Source: a virus (lineage: Duplodnaviria > Caudoviricetes). Taken from it: a stretch of 38,191 nucleotides of DNA. Below, one piece after another: positions 26,623 to 35,667 of the stretch (the first letter of the stretch is position 1; every line of letters starts with the position of its first letter). A program made the position numbers and the translations under genes. The notes beneath the pieces were generated by a model. That model had not been told where the DNA came from. It worked only from the letters and a program-made list of their open reading frames with translations, and did not search any database. Location: the IMG/VR virus record IMGVR_UViG_3300028197_000054, positions 1 to 38,191 of that record; one strand, written 5' to 3'.

Positions 26623-28089
26623 TTGATAAAGATTTCTAAGAAAGATGAAGTACATATTAATGTGGATACAGATCTAAGTACTGCACAAGAGATATGTGAC
26701 TTCTTTACTTTTGAAATCCCTGGTGCTAAATTTATGCCTCTATACAAGAAGAAAGTATGGGATGGCAAAGCAAGATTGTTTAATATATACAACCGAGAAT
26801 TATACATAGGTCTTTTGCCTTACTTAAAAGAGTTTGCAGAGACTTTAGAGTATGATATAGAAGTAAACATGCCTGATATAGGCGAAACCATAGACATAGA
26901 TAGATTCACTAATGAATTGAGGTTACAAGCAAATGGACAACAAATCGAAATTAGAGAGTATCAGAAAGAGGCAGTTACAAAGGCAATTAATGTGGGGAGA
27001 ACTCTCCTCTTGTCTCCAACTGCTTCTGGGAAGTCTCTTATTATTTACAGTCTGCTACGCTATCATCAATTAAAAAATAGGAAGCAACTTATAATTGTAC
27101 CTACTACATCTTTGGTAGAACAAATGTACGGAGACTTTCAAGACTATGCCACAGCAGATACTTGGCAAGTATCAGAAAATTGTCATAGGATATATGGTGG
27201 TAAAGAAAAAACAAATGAATATCCTGTTACAATAAGTACATGGCAATCCATATATAAGTATCCTAAAGAATGGTTTTCACAATTTGAGGTAGTATATGGA
27301 GACGAGGCGCACTTGTTTAAAGCAAAGTCTTTAACAACACTAATGAATAAGCTCACAGATACACCTTATAGAATAGGAACAACGGGTACATTAGATGGAA
27401 CTAAGACACATAGACTAGTATTAGAAGGTGTGTTTGGACAAGTACATAAAGTTACCACAACTAAAAAATTAATGGATGATAAACAACTTGCAACATTAAA
27501 AATTTTATGTTGTATGATTAATTGGAAAGACGCTCATAGAAAAGAAGTAAAGGGTATGACTTACCAAGAAGAAATAGATTGGATAGTAACACACCCAGAT
27601 CGTAATGAAATTATAAGAAAATTAACTATTGCACAAGACGGTAATACACTTGTTCTATTTCAATTTGTAGAAAAGCATGGTAAGATATTACATGAAATGA
27701 TAAGCAAATCAGTTAAGGCAGACAGAAAAGTATTCTTTGTATTTGGTGGCACAGATACAGAGGTAAGAGAAGAAATAAGAGCCATTACAGAAACACAAAA
27801 CGATGCTATAATCATTGCCTCATACGGCACATTTTCAACAGGTATAAATATAAGGAACCTTCATAATATTGTGTTCGCCTCGCCTAGTAAGAGTAGAATT
27901 AGAAACTTACAAAGTATAGGAAGAGGCCTCCGTAAAGGAGACAACAAAGTATCATGTAATCTTTTTGATATTGGAGATGATTTGGCGTGGAAGTCTAAAA
28001 AGAACTACACACTTAACCACTTAATAGAGAGGATCAAGATTTATAACGAAGAAGGTTTCGATTATAAACTTGTTAAATTAGATGTCTAA
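26623..28089 (+). CDS. uvsW: SF2 DNA helicase UvsW
   Basis: REYQ, SPTASGKS, DEAH, GTTGT, STGINI, QSIGRGLR. TTG start. Confidence 0.95.
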   Translation: MIKISKKDEVHINVDTDLSTAQEICDFFTFEIPGAKFMPLYKKKVWDGKARLFNIYNRELYIGLLPYLKEFAETLEYDIEVNMPDIGETIDIDRFTNELRLQANGQQIEIREYQKEAVTKAINVGRTLLLSPTASGKSLIIYSLLRYHQLKNRKQLIIVPTTSLVEQMYGDFQDYATADTWQVSENCHRIYGGKEKTNEYPVTISTWQSIYKYPKEWFSQFEVVYGDEAHLFKAKSLTTLMNKLTDTPYRIGTTGTLDGTKTHRLVLEGVFGQVHKVTTTKKLMDDKQLATLKILCCMINWKDAHRKEVKGMTYQEEIDWIVTHPDRNEIIRKLTIAQDGNTLVLFQFVEKHGKILHEMISKSVKADRKVFFVFGGTDTEVREEIRAITETQNDAIIIASYGTFSTGINIRNLHNIVFASPSKSRIRNLQSIGRGLRKGDNKVSCNLFDIGDDLAWKSKKNYTLNHLIERIKIYNEEGFDYKLVKLDV

Positions 28090-28468
28090 CATAAGTATAT
28101 TAAAATTAATGGACGGTACTACAATAGTAGGTAAGTTAACACAAGACGGAGATCTTGTAGAAATAGAACATCCAATAGAGCTGGTATCTAATATATTACC
28201 TATGAATAATCAACTAGGTGAACAGGTTAGTTTAAGACCTTATGTTGCTATAGCACAGGATCACATTTTCTTTATAGAAAGATATAATGTTATTAGTATA
28301 TCTACTCTACAAGATACCTTTGTAGATGGATATGAAAGAATGGTAGAAAATATTTATTTCAAACCAGCACAATGGGAAGGCGACTTAATGTCAGACGAGC
28401 CTGAAGATTTTGATATAGAAACAATGACAGAACTTGCAGATGCAATTATAAAAAAACAAATACATTAG
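28082..28468 (+). CDS. Hypothetical protein (Sm-like fold possible) upstream of gp55
   Basis: ILKLMDGTTIVGKL..VEIEHP; occupies the uvsW-gp55 slot seen in T4-like aquatic phages. Confidence 0.7.
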   Translation: MSNISILKLMDGTTIVGKLTQDGDLVEIEHPIELVSNILPMNNQLGEQVSLRPYVAIAQDHIFFIERYNVISISTLQDTFVDGYERMVENIYFKPAQWEGDLMSDEPEDFDIETMTELADAIIKKQIH

Positions 28469-28477
28469 GAGTATATT

Positions 28478-29098
28478 ATGGCGAAAAGACGTGACCCTAA
28501 CTCGGCACACTACATAGACAACAAGGATTTCCTTGTAAAAATTAGTGCTTACCGAGAGTTAAGGATAGAAGCAGAAGAGAGTGGTGAAGAAAGGCCACGG
28601 GTAACAAATTATATAGGCGAGTGCTTTGTTAAAATAGCAAATCATTTAGCATACAAATCTAATTTTGTAAACTATACATTCAGAGATGAAATGATTTTAG
28701 ATGGTATTGAAAACTGTCTTACATACATGGACAACTTTGATCCAGCAAAATCTAAAAATCCTTTTGCATACTTTACACAAATCACATACTATGCTTTCAT
28801 TAGGCGTATCCAAAAAGAGAAACGACAAATGGAAACTAAGTTTAAATATATTAAGAGCTTAGACATAGATCAAATCTTAGATCAAAGTGCAGACGGAAGC
28901 CAACATTCCAATGATTACCTAAGTTATATGAGAGGTATGATTGAACAGGCAGAGGCAGACAATGCTAAGGCTGACGCAGCTAATAAAGGTAAGAAGATGC
29001 CTAAACGTCGTCCTAAATATTTAGATGAAAAAATTAAAGCAGAAGAACTAGCAGCTAAAGAAAAGGCAGAGGCAGAAGCAAATGCGAAAAGCGAGTAA
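28478..29098 (+). CDS. gp55: Late-transcription sigma factor gp55
   Basis: HYIDNKDF, YIGECF.KIA..L, NFVNYT..DEMI.DGIENC, NPFAYFTQI.Y.AF.RRI.KEK. Confidence 0.96.
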   Translation: MAKRRDPNSAHYIDNKDFLVKISAYRELRIEAEESGEERPRVTNYIGECFVKIANHLAYKSNFVNYTFRDEMILDGIENCLTYMDNFDPAKSKNPFAYFTQITYYAFIRRIQKEKRQMETKFKYIKSLDIDQILDQSADGSQHSNDYLSYMRGMIEQAEADNAKADAANKGKKMPKRRPKYLDEKIKAEELAAKEKAEAEANAKSE

Positions 29099-29663
29099 AG
29101 ATATAAACGGTTTTTATGAGTGGGACTTTACAGACATTGTAAAGACATTACCTCAGAAGTTTACCTCTCCTATTAAACTTATAGAAGTAGGATCTTATGT
29201 TGGTAAGTCAGCAGTAGCCTGGGCAGAAGCCTTTGAAGAGGCAGGCAAAGAGTATTCAATACATTGTGTTGAAGTTTTTGTAGGTATAAGTGATAAAGGA
29301 AGAGCGTCTGTTATGACTCCTGAACTAGAAGCCTTTTTAAATACTTTGGTTTGTACAGCAGAACAACAAGAAGAAAGGTTCCAGCAAAACACTAAGGGCT
29401 GGAATATAACATACGAAAAAACTCACTTCACAGAAGATTTTGAATTAGCAGATGACTATACAGTACTATGGTATGATGCCAACCATTCAGAACAATCTGT
29501 AACAACAGCAATTAATTATTGGCAGGACAAAGTACAAACAATGGTTATTGATTGTTATGATACAGTACATCCAGAGACTATGACAGCAATAGATGCTTCT
29601 GGTTTAGACTTTAAACTGTTTGAATTTAACAAAGGAACAAAAGGGATAGCGGTATTTGGTTAA
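29082..29663 (+). CDS. Class I SAM-dependent methyltransferase (Methyltransf_24-like)
   Basis: LIEVGSYVGKSA and VLWYDANHSEQSV. Confidence 0.75.
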   Translation: MRKASKDINGFYEWDFTDIVKTLPQKFTSPIKLIEVGSYVGKSAVAWAEAFEEAGKEYSIHCVEVFVGISDKGRASVMTPELEAFLNTLVCTAEQQEERFQQNTKGWNITYEKTHFTEDFELADDYTVLWYDANHSEQSVTTAINYWQDKVQTMVIDCYDTVHPETMTAIDASGLDFKLFEFNKGTKGIAVFG

Positions 29664-29692
29664 AAAGGTCAACCAAAAGCGCTACAAGTAGG

Positions 29693-29721
29693 TTGATTTC
29701 TACTTGGCTCTTATATATAAT
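29693..29721 (+). promoter_or_regulatory. Sigma70-type promoter for the deazaguanine island
   Basis: TTGATT-N17-TATAAT; the queE ATG is 8 nt downstream with no SD. Confidence 0.65.
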
Positions 29722-29729
29722 ATCATATA

Positions 29730-30608
29730 ATGAAACTAAGATACAGCGAAGCATTTTATAGCATACAAGGCGAAGGCAGGTTCGTAGGAGTACCTAGTAT
29801 ATTCCTCAGAACTTTTGGTTGTAACTTTGAATGCGCTGGTTTTGGACAACCTAAAGGCAACTACATAGCAACAGATCAGATGCCTTATATGTTAGATCCT
29901 AAAGGCGACAAAACACACCCCGAGGCATACAAAGACATTTCAGAACTTCCAGTTACACCTGTAGGGTGTGATAGTTCTGCTAGTTGGGCTATGAAATATA
30001 AACATTTACAAATGACTAAGACAGTAGAAGAAGTTTATGAACACATCATAAGCCTTTTACCTAACGGCAAGTTTGATGAGAAAGAAGACATACATTTAGT
30101 TATTACAGGTGGCGAACCTTTACTTGGTTGGCAAAAAGTATGGCCTGAACTAATAGAAATGTTAATGTTTAATGGCCTACAAAATGTTACCTTTGAAACT
30201 AATGGCACACAAGAAATAAAACCTGAATTAGTAAACTTTTTTAATGCTAATCATAATAGAATACATGTAACATGGAGTACCTCACCTAAGTTAAGTCTTA
30301 GTGGTGAGACAAATGAGGATGCTTTAATTCCAGATGCTTTAGTTACAATGAATAGAGTAGCAAATAGTTATCTATATAATAAATTTGTTGTAAGAGATAT
30401 AGATGACTTCGCAGAAGTAGATAAATTTTATCTTACCTATCAGAAAAGTGGTGTACAAATAGATGCTGTATACTGTATGCCTGAAGGAGCAACATTAGAA
30501 CAACAAACACTAACTGCTAAAGGCGTAGCAGAAGCTTGTATGAAAACAGGATACAAGTTTAGCCCTCGATTACATATCGATTTATTCGGCAACGCATGGG
30601 GTACTTAA
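29730..30608 (+). CDS. queE: 7-carboxy-7-deazaguanine synthase QueE (radical SAM)
   Basis: E.FYSIQGEG...G.P..F.R..GCN, CDS, VITGGEP, FETNG, SPKL, YCMPEG, SPRLH..L.G. Confidence 0.93.
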   Translation: MKLRYSEAFYSIQGEGRFVGVPSIFLRTFGCNFECAGFGQPKGNYIATDQMPYMLDPKGDKTHPEAYKDISELPVTPVGCDSSASWAMKYKHLQMTKTVEEVYEHIISLLPNGKFDEKEDIHLVITGGEPLLGWQKVWPELIEMLMFNGLQNVTFETNGTQEIKPELVNFFNANHNRIHVTWSTSPKLSLSGETNEDALIPDALVTMNRVANSYLYNKFVVRDIDDFAEVDKFYLTYQKSGVQIDAVYCMPEGATLEQQTLTAKGVAEACMKTGYKFSPRLHIDLFGNAWGT

Positions 30609-30818
30609 ATGAAATGGAAAGATATTAAAGAAACACTATGGGGACAGAACCCTAGTAAAGATATAGACACATGGAAAGAACCAGATCCAGATGAGGTAAC
30701 AATAGATAATGCCTATAAAACTAGATGGATATGGTATCATACAATCCTAGCAGTAGAATTATTCTTAGTAGTAATTATACAACTATTAATATTATTTATC
30801 CTGGCGGTTAAACTATGA
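30609..30818 (+). CDS. Small membrane-anchored protein
   Basis: Hydrophobic C-terminus ILAVELFLVVIIQLLILFILAV; coupled to both neighbours. Confidence 0.65.
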   Translation: MKWKDIKETLWGQNPSKDIDTWKEPDPDEVTIDNAYKTRWIWYHTILAVELFLVVIIQLLILFILAVKL

Positions 30819-31231
30819 GCGAAAAGACTTATGTTACATGGGAAGAAATCAACGAACTAGTTTTTAAGTTATATAAAGAACTAAAAGACAAGGACATAGA
30901 TAAAGTAGTAGGTATATCACGAGGAGGATTAATTCCTGGTGTTATGCTTTCTCATTGGCTTGGAGCTGGCTTTGAACCTCTAGAGTGGCAAACTCGAGAC
31001 GGGGATTTTAAAGACACTCGTAAGGCAAACGACTTCAACAAAAATTTAAAGGGCACCATTTTTGTTGACGATATATGTGATAGTGCCTTAACAATAAAAC
31101 AGATCAAGGAAATAATTCCAAACAGCAGGTGGGCTGTATTACACCAAAAAGCAGATATAGAGCTTGACTTTGTAGGTGAAAGACTGCATAATAACGATAC
31201 TAATTGGATTGTTTACCCTTGGGAAGCTTAA
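30815..31231 (+). CDS. Type I phosphoribosyltransferase (xanthine/guanine PRT-like)
   Basis: VTWEE, GISRGGLIP, PRPP-binding IFVDDICDS..T and C-terminal WIVYPWE. Confidence 0.88.
   Translation: MSEKTYVTWEEINELVFKLYKELKDKDIDKVVGISRGGLIPGVMLSHWLGAGFEPLEWQTRDGDFKDTRKANDFNKNLKGTIFVDDICDSALTIKQIKEIIPNSRWAVLHQKADIELDFVGERLHNNDTNWIVYPWEA
31164..31192 (+). promoter_or_regulatory. Possible internal sigma70-type promoter for folE onward
   Basis: TTGACT-N17-CATAAT within the end of the PRT gene. Confidence 0.4.
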
Positions 31232-31249
31232 TCTCATACAGGAGAAGAA

Positions 31250-31933
31250 ATGAAAGTAAGTGATAAAATAAAACAGAGACTAGAAATAGATGGCAAGAAA
31301 TACTATGCCTCAGATAATATTTCTAAGTACATACAAGCAGGAGAGACTGCAGAACTAATTGAAGAACTAGAAATAGCCTTTGAACAAGTTCTACAAAGTC
31401 TTATTATTGATACGAAGAACGATCCTAATAGCATGGGTACGGCACATCGTTTGGCAAAGATGTATATTAACGAAATTATGGGTGGTAGATATTTACCTGA
31501 TCCTAGAATAACATCTTTCCCTAATGATGGACAATACGATCAACTAATTGTAGTACGAGCAGACATTAAAAGTATGTGCTCTCATCATCACCAACCAGTG
31601 AGTGGTGTATGTTACATAGGTTGCCTTCCAGGCGACGAAGTAATAGGTTTGTCTAAGTACACAAGAGTTGCACAGCATTTATCTAATCGTGGACACCTAC
31701 AAGAAGAGCTAACAGAAATGATAGCTACAAGAATACAAAAACTTACAAAGAGTAAGGGTGTAGCAGTTTACATTAAGGCAAGACATGGTTGCTGTGAAAA
31801 CAGAGGCATATTGGCTAGTAATAGTTCTACACAGACAACAGTAGTGAAAGGTGAATTAAAGAGTAACATAAACTTAAAACAAGAGTTTATGGATAATATA
31901 AAATTGCAGGAGATAGGAAGTGGATACCTCTAA
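31250..31933 (+). CDS. folE: GTP cyclohydrolase I
   Basis: T..RLAKMY, SMCSHH, IGLSKY.R, LQEELT, HGCC..RG, EF. Confidence 0.93.
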   Translation: MKVSDKIKQRLEIDGKKYYASDNISKYIQAGETAELIEELEIAFEQVLQSLIIDTKNDPNSMGTAHRLAKMYINEIMGGRYLPDPRITSFPNDGQYDQLIVVRADIKSMCSHHHQPVSGVCYIGCLPGDEVIGLSKYTRVAQHLSNRGHLQEELTEMIATRIQKLTKSKGVAVYIKARHGCCENRGILASNSSTQTTVVKGELKSNINLKQEFMDNIKLQEIGSGYL

Positions 31934-32426
31934 ACAAATAGTCGTTGACTTAGAAACATTAAGCATTAAACCTAATGCGTGTATTGTATCCATTGGTGCA
32001 GTACTTATAGAAAATATGGAAATTACAGATACATTTTATATTAATGTTGACGGTAGAACTTGTAAAGAGGCTGGACTAGATATAGATCCTGACACTATTA
32101 AATGGTGGGGAGAACAAAGTAAAGAGGCACAACAAGCCTGGCAAAAGAATCCTGTTCCATTACAGGAAGCATTAGATAAATTTACAACCTGGTATGGCAA
32201 ACAGTCTATTCCTATATGGGGTTACGGTGCCAACTTTGATGTGGTAATTTTAGAGAGTGCTTTACGAGCTATGGAAATGGATATCCCTTGGAAGTTCTGG
32301 GACATATCTTGTTTAAGAACATTAATGAATGTCTTAGATAAAAGATTACCTAAGGCAAACAATCACAATGCGTTAGATGATGCTACGGCAGAGGCGAAAG
32401 TATTAATTGAGATATTAAAATCATGA
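31920..32426 (+). CDS. DEDDh 3'-5' exonuclease (Rv2179c/DexA-like)
   Basis: VDLETL, IVSIGAV, TIKWW, WGYGANFD, HNALDDA. Confidence 0.88.
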   Translation: MDTSKQIVVDLETLSIKPNACIVSIGAVLIENMEITDTFYINVDGRTCKEAGLDIDPDTIKWWGEQSKEAQQAWQKNPVPLQEALDKFTTWYGKQSIPIWGYGANFDVVILESALRAMEMDIPWKFWDISCLRTLMNVLDKRLPKANNHNALDDATAEAKVLIEILKS

Positions 32427-33691
32427 GTAGAAAATTAGATTATGTAGTTTCAGGCACAAGTTATATGAGGTTCAGTAATCCTGGTATAGCTAAAGACGAA
32501 ACGAATTCAAGCATTATTAATATGCTAATAGATAAATTAGTAACTGATGTACATAGTCATAAGTTTTCTATGCTATATAATGGACACACAGAGTCCAGCT
32601 TTGGAGAGAGATTCTCAGTATACAAACCTCATGTCAACGAAATACATGCAGACTCAGGTGGACTACAAATTGTTACACAAGGTATGGTTATTACAGATGA
32701 ATTAAAAGACAAAGTATATGAGAACCAGGCACAATGGGCTGATGTAGGAATGTGCTTTGATGAAATCCCTGTTGTACTTACAGGTGATAGATCTGATAGG
32801 AACGATACAAAGGCTAGGTTCTTTGACTTCGAAAACTATGAAGAGCTAGCTCGTAAAACAGGTAGGAATGTTAAAAGACAACTAGAAATATTTGAAAAGA
32901 ACGATAGTAAATGTAAACCTTTTATTATCTTACAAGGTAACTGTATTGATACATACCTTAGATGGTATGAATGTTTAATGGAAGAAGTTCCTACAGAATG
33001 GCATGACAGAATTGGTGGTGTGGCAATGGGAGCAGCAGCTCTAGGCACAGGTCCACTTGAAGATGTTAAACGAGCCTTTATTGCTAGTGAGATTGCTAAA
33101 GTATGGCCACAAGAAAGAATGAACTTACATATTCTAGGTGTAGGAAGTATTAGACGTATCATTCCTTATCTAGTCTTTTGTCAGAACGGTTTATACGACA
33201 ATGTAGATATCTCTTATGACTCTACTACTCATAGCAGGGCGGTTGAGACAGGTTTATACTACATGGGACAAGGCACAACTAAGTTCAGTAGAAAAATGTC
33301 TAATTTGTATCGAGAAATGTACGATAATGTGCAGGAAACTATCCAATTAGGCGTAGATTTAGACGAATTCCACACCATTATGAACACACCTAGTATGAAG
33401 GCTAAAGAGAAATACGGCAATCTAAACAAGTGGATCTATGTTAGAACAGCATTTATCCTTATGTCCATTAGAAACTTTATGGCTCATCTAGAAACAATGA
33501 TGAATGACAAAGAAACCTTATTGAAGTTTACGGGTAAGATGAAACTTGACGGACAGTTCAGGAACCTCTATAATGTAACTAATCGTGAAGAATACGATGC
33601 CTGGGAAAGTAACCAGTATTTAGGTGGCAGTATGAAGAGCATGGCTGTTGGTACGGAGGCACCTAGTAGTTTAGAGGATTTATTTGAATGA
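32423..33691 (+). CDS. dpdA: DpdA-like 7-deazaguanine DNA transglycosylase (TGT family)
   Basis: TGT motifs HADSGGLQ, MCFDEIP, ILQG, GVAMG, HILGVG and SYDST. It lacks the CxCxxC zinc site of tRNA TGTs and is clustered with folE/queD/queE. Confidence 0.8.
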   Translation: MSRKLDYVVSGTSYMRFSNPGIAKDETNSSIINMLIDKLVTDVHSHKFSMLYNGHTESSFGERFSVYKPHVNEIHADSGGLQIVTQGMVITDELKDKVYENQAQWADVGMCFDEIPVVLTGDRSDRNDTKARFFDFENYEELARKTGRNVKRQLEIFEKNDSKCKPFIILQGNCIDTYLRWYECLMEEVPTEWHDRIGGVAMGAAALGTGPLEDVKRAFIASEIAKVWPQERMNLHILGVGSIRRIIPYLVFCQNGLYDNVDISYDSTTHSRAVETGLYYMGQGTTKFSRKMSNLYREMYDNVQETIQLGVDLDEFHTIMNTPSMKAKEKYGNLNKWIYVRTAFILMSIRNFMAHLETMMNDKETLLKFTGKMKLDGQFRNLYNVTNREEYDAWESNQYLGGSMKSMAVGTEAPSSLEDLFE

Positions 33692-34254
33692 ACATATTTT
33701 TACTTAATGAAAATCCATTGTTATGTGCAGAACAACATTGTGATAAGCATGTTGTTAAAATGGTAATTGAATATGCACAACTTATGTCTACAGCACATAG
33801 GTATTTAGACGGAGAACTATATGGCGAACTTACAGACAAAGGTAGAAAAATTAAAAGATGGAGACACCCAAACAGTAATATGGAGGCTACTTTATACAAG
33901 GCAAGCCATGTCAACCATCCAGATGGTTTGTGGGTTAGAAATAGTTCTGCCAATTATGACTATCTATATGATCTATGGCTTAAACTATCTAAAGAATATA
34001 CTCATAGGTATGGTAGGTTACACTTAACACAGGAAAAATTAGAACATCTTTTGAAATACGCACCAAAAAATATTCCATTTGCTACTGAGGCAGATGTAAA
34101 AGGATTACCATTAGCAATGCCTGATGATGTAAAAGGTGAGAGTGTAGTCAACTCTTATCGCAGGTATTATAACAAATATAAAATTGACTTTGCTAAATAT
34201 ACAAACAGAGAGGAACCAGCATGGCTAACGAAGCATATCGTAAACGCTACATAA
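33688..34254 (+). CDS. Pyrimidine-dimer DNA glycosylase (DenV)-like protein
   Basis: MNIF.L...P..CA..HCDKHVVKM..E.AQL.STAH, NHP..LW, EYT.RYG..H, AMP, YR.YY. Confidence 0.78.
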   Translation: MNIFLLNENPLLCAEQHCDKHVVKMVIEYAQLMSTAHRYLDGELYGELTDKGRKIKRWRHPNSNMEATLYKASHVNHPDGLWVRNSSANYDYLYDLWLKLSKEYTHRYGRLHLTQEKLEHLLKYAPKNIPFATEADVKGLPLAMPDDVKGESVVNSYRRYYNKYKIDFAKYTNREEPAWLTKHIVNAT

Positions 34255-34616
34255 AAGTAAGCTTTCAGAAAGAAGGAGTACACTTCTTCCCTGGAGCAGA
34301 TACAAATCCTAAATACGCTACAGGCGATTGGGACGATGTTAGCTTCTTAGGTTATCCTCATAGGCACATGTTCCATTTCTATGTAACACTAGGTGTAGAA
34401 CATAACGATAGAGATGTAGAGTTCATACAATTTAAACGTGAACTAGAAAGAACATTCGATCAAGGTGTTATTAAACTAGACCACCAATCATGTGAAATGA
34501 TAGGTGAGAGTCTTATAAATTATATAGAAGAGAAGTATCCTAACAGAGCTGTTAGAGTTGAAGTGTTTGAGGATAATGAGAATGGGGGTATTATAGAAAA
34601 TGATTTATTTAATTGA
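34221..34616 (+). CDS. dpdL: QueD-like T-fold protein, DpdL-like (putative CDG decarboxylase)
   Basis: LGYPHRHMF (LxxxHRHxF in place of the QueD CxxxHGH), HNDRDVEF, SCEM, V.EDNENG. Confidence 0.7.
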   Translation: MANEAYRKRYIKVSFQKEGVHFFPGADTNPKYATGDWDDVSFLGYPHRHMFHFYVTLGVEHNDRDVEFIQFKRELERTFDQGVIKLDHQSCEMIGESLINYIEEKYPNRAVRVEVFEDNENGGIIENDLFN

Positions 34617-35667
34617 TTTAGAATATGTTGAAACAAGATATACTTCTCAATGGAAATCAGAATTCCCTCAGCAAATAGCAGACAAAACAGGACAAGACAT
34701 TGTAGTTATTGAAGGTCCAGAAGGCATAGCAGAATGTACTACACCCGGAGCCTTCTTAAACTTTGCAGGCACAAACATTTATAAGTCTGAACAAGTAAAA
34801 ATACTAGCAGGATACTTTAATAATAATGAAATACAGAATGGAGATCATTTTGTATTTGCAGATGCTTGGCACCCTGGCATACTTAATCTTAAATACATGT
34901 TAGATTTATTTCAGATAGATGCTACAATACATGGCTTATGGCACGCAGGTAGTTACGACCCACAAGACTTTTTAGGAAGAAAGATTGGAGATAAAAGATG
35001 GGTAAGGCATACAGAGTATGCTATGTTTGATGCCATAGACAGAAATTATTTTGCAAGTGAATTCCACATTGGATTGTTTGCACAGACTATGTTTCCTAAT
35101 GAAGAAGATGGAAATTATTTAAACACTAAAATTGTTAGAAGTGGCTGGCCAATGGAGTATCTAAATAAACATATAGAACATGCTCCGTCTTCAGCAAAAG
35201 CAGATATTATATTGTTTCCTCACAGGGATGCTCCTGAAAAACAATTAGTTATCTTTAAAGATCTAGCAGAGGCTCTTCCACAATATGATTGGATTAATTG
35301 TAATGACTATGATCTTACAAAGCCACAATACAATAAATTATTACAACAATCTAAGATGGTATTCTCAGCAAACTTACAAGAAACATTGGGCATAAGCTGT
35401 TATGAGATACTAAGAGCAGGTGGTATTCCATTAGTTCCTAATAGACTATCTTATGTAGAAATGTATGAGGACATATTTAAATACCCTACACAATTTACAT
35501 TAGATTGGAAAGGTTATCAGGATAATAAGAGTATTCTCATAGGCAAAATAGAAACAATGATGAATAACTTTGATTCCCCAGAAATACAAACAGCAATTGA
35601 AAGTAACAGAGACAAATTAGAACAACAATATTTTACAGCAACAAACTTATATCAGGAGTTAATATGA
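34600..35667 (+). CDS. GT-B (GT4-like) glycosyltransferase
   Basis: F.DAWHP, WHAGSYDPQDFLGR, FPHR.APEK, and the GT-B acidic motif ETLGISCYE..P.RLSY.EMY. Confidence 0.8.
   Translation: MIYLIDLEYVETRYTSQWKSEFPQQIADKTGQDIVVIEGPEGIAECTTPGAFLNFAGTNIYKSEQVKILAGYFNNNEIQNGDHFVFADAWHPGILNLKYMLDLFQIDATIHGLWHAGSYDPQDFLGRKIGDKRWVRHTEYAMFDAIDRNYFASEFHIGLFAQTMFPNEEDGNYLNTKIVRSGWPMEYLNKHIEHAPSSAKADIILFPHRDAPEKQLVIFKDLAEALPQYDWINCNDYDLTKPQYNKLLQQSKMVFSANLQETLGISCYEILRAGGIPLVPNRLSYVEMYEDIFKYPTQFTLDWKGYQDNKSILIGKIETMMNNFDSPEIQTAIESNRDKLEQQYFTATNLYQELI

Noticed and set aside
27843-27850. TATAAATA inside uvsW
   Set aside because: It coincides with codons of the conserved GINI helicase motif and is probably incidental.
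31560-31810. FolE motif variants (CSHH, QEELT, HGCC) as a sign of altered function
   Set aside because: The zinc ligands are retained and, from recall, such variants are common in phage FolE. There is no basis here for a novel activity.
32423-33691. Ordinary tRNA-guanine transglycosylase for queuosine
   Set aside because: It lacks the zinc-binding CxCxxC, no queC/queF/queA is in the window, and the phage context favours a DNA-acting DpdA. tRNA activity is not formally excluded.
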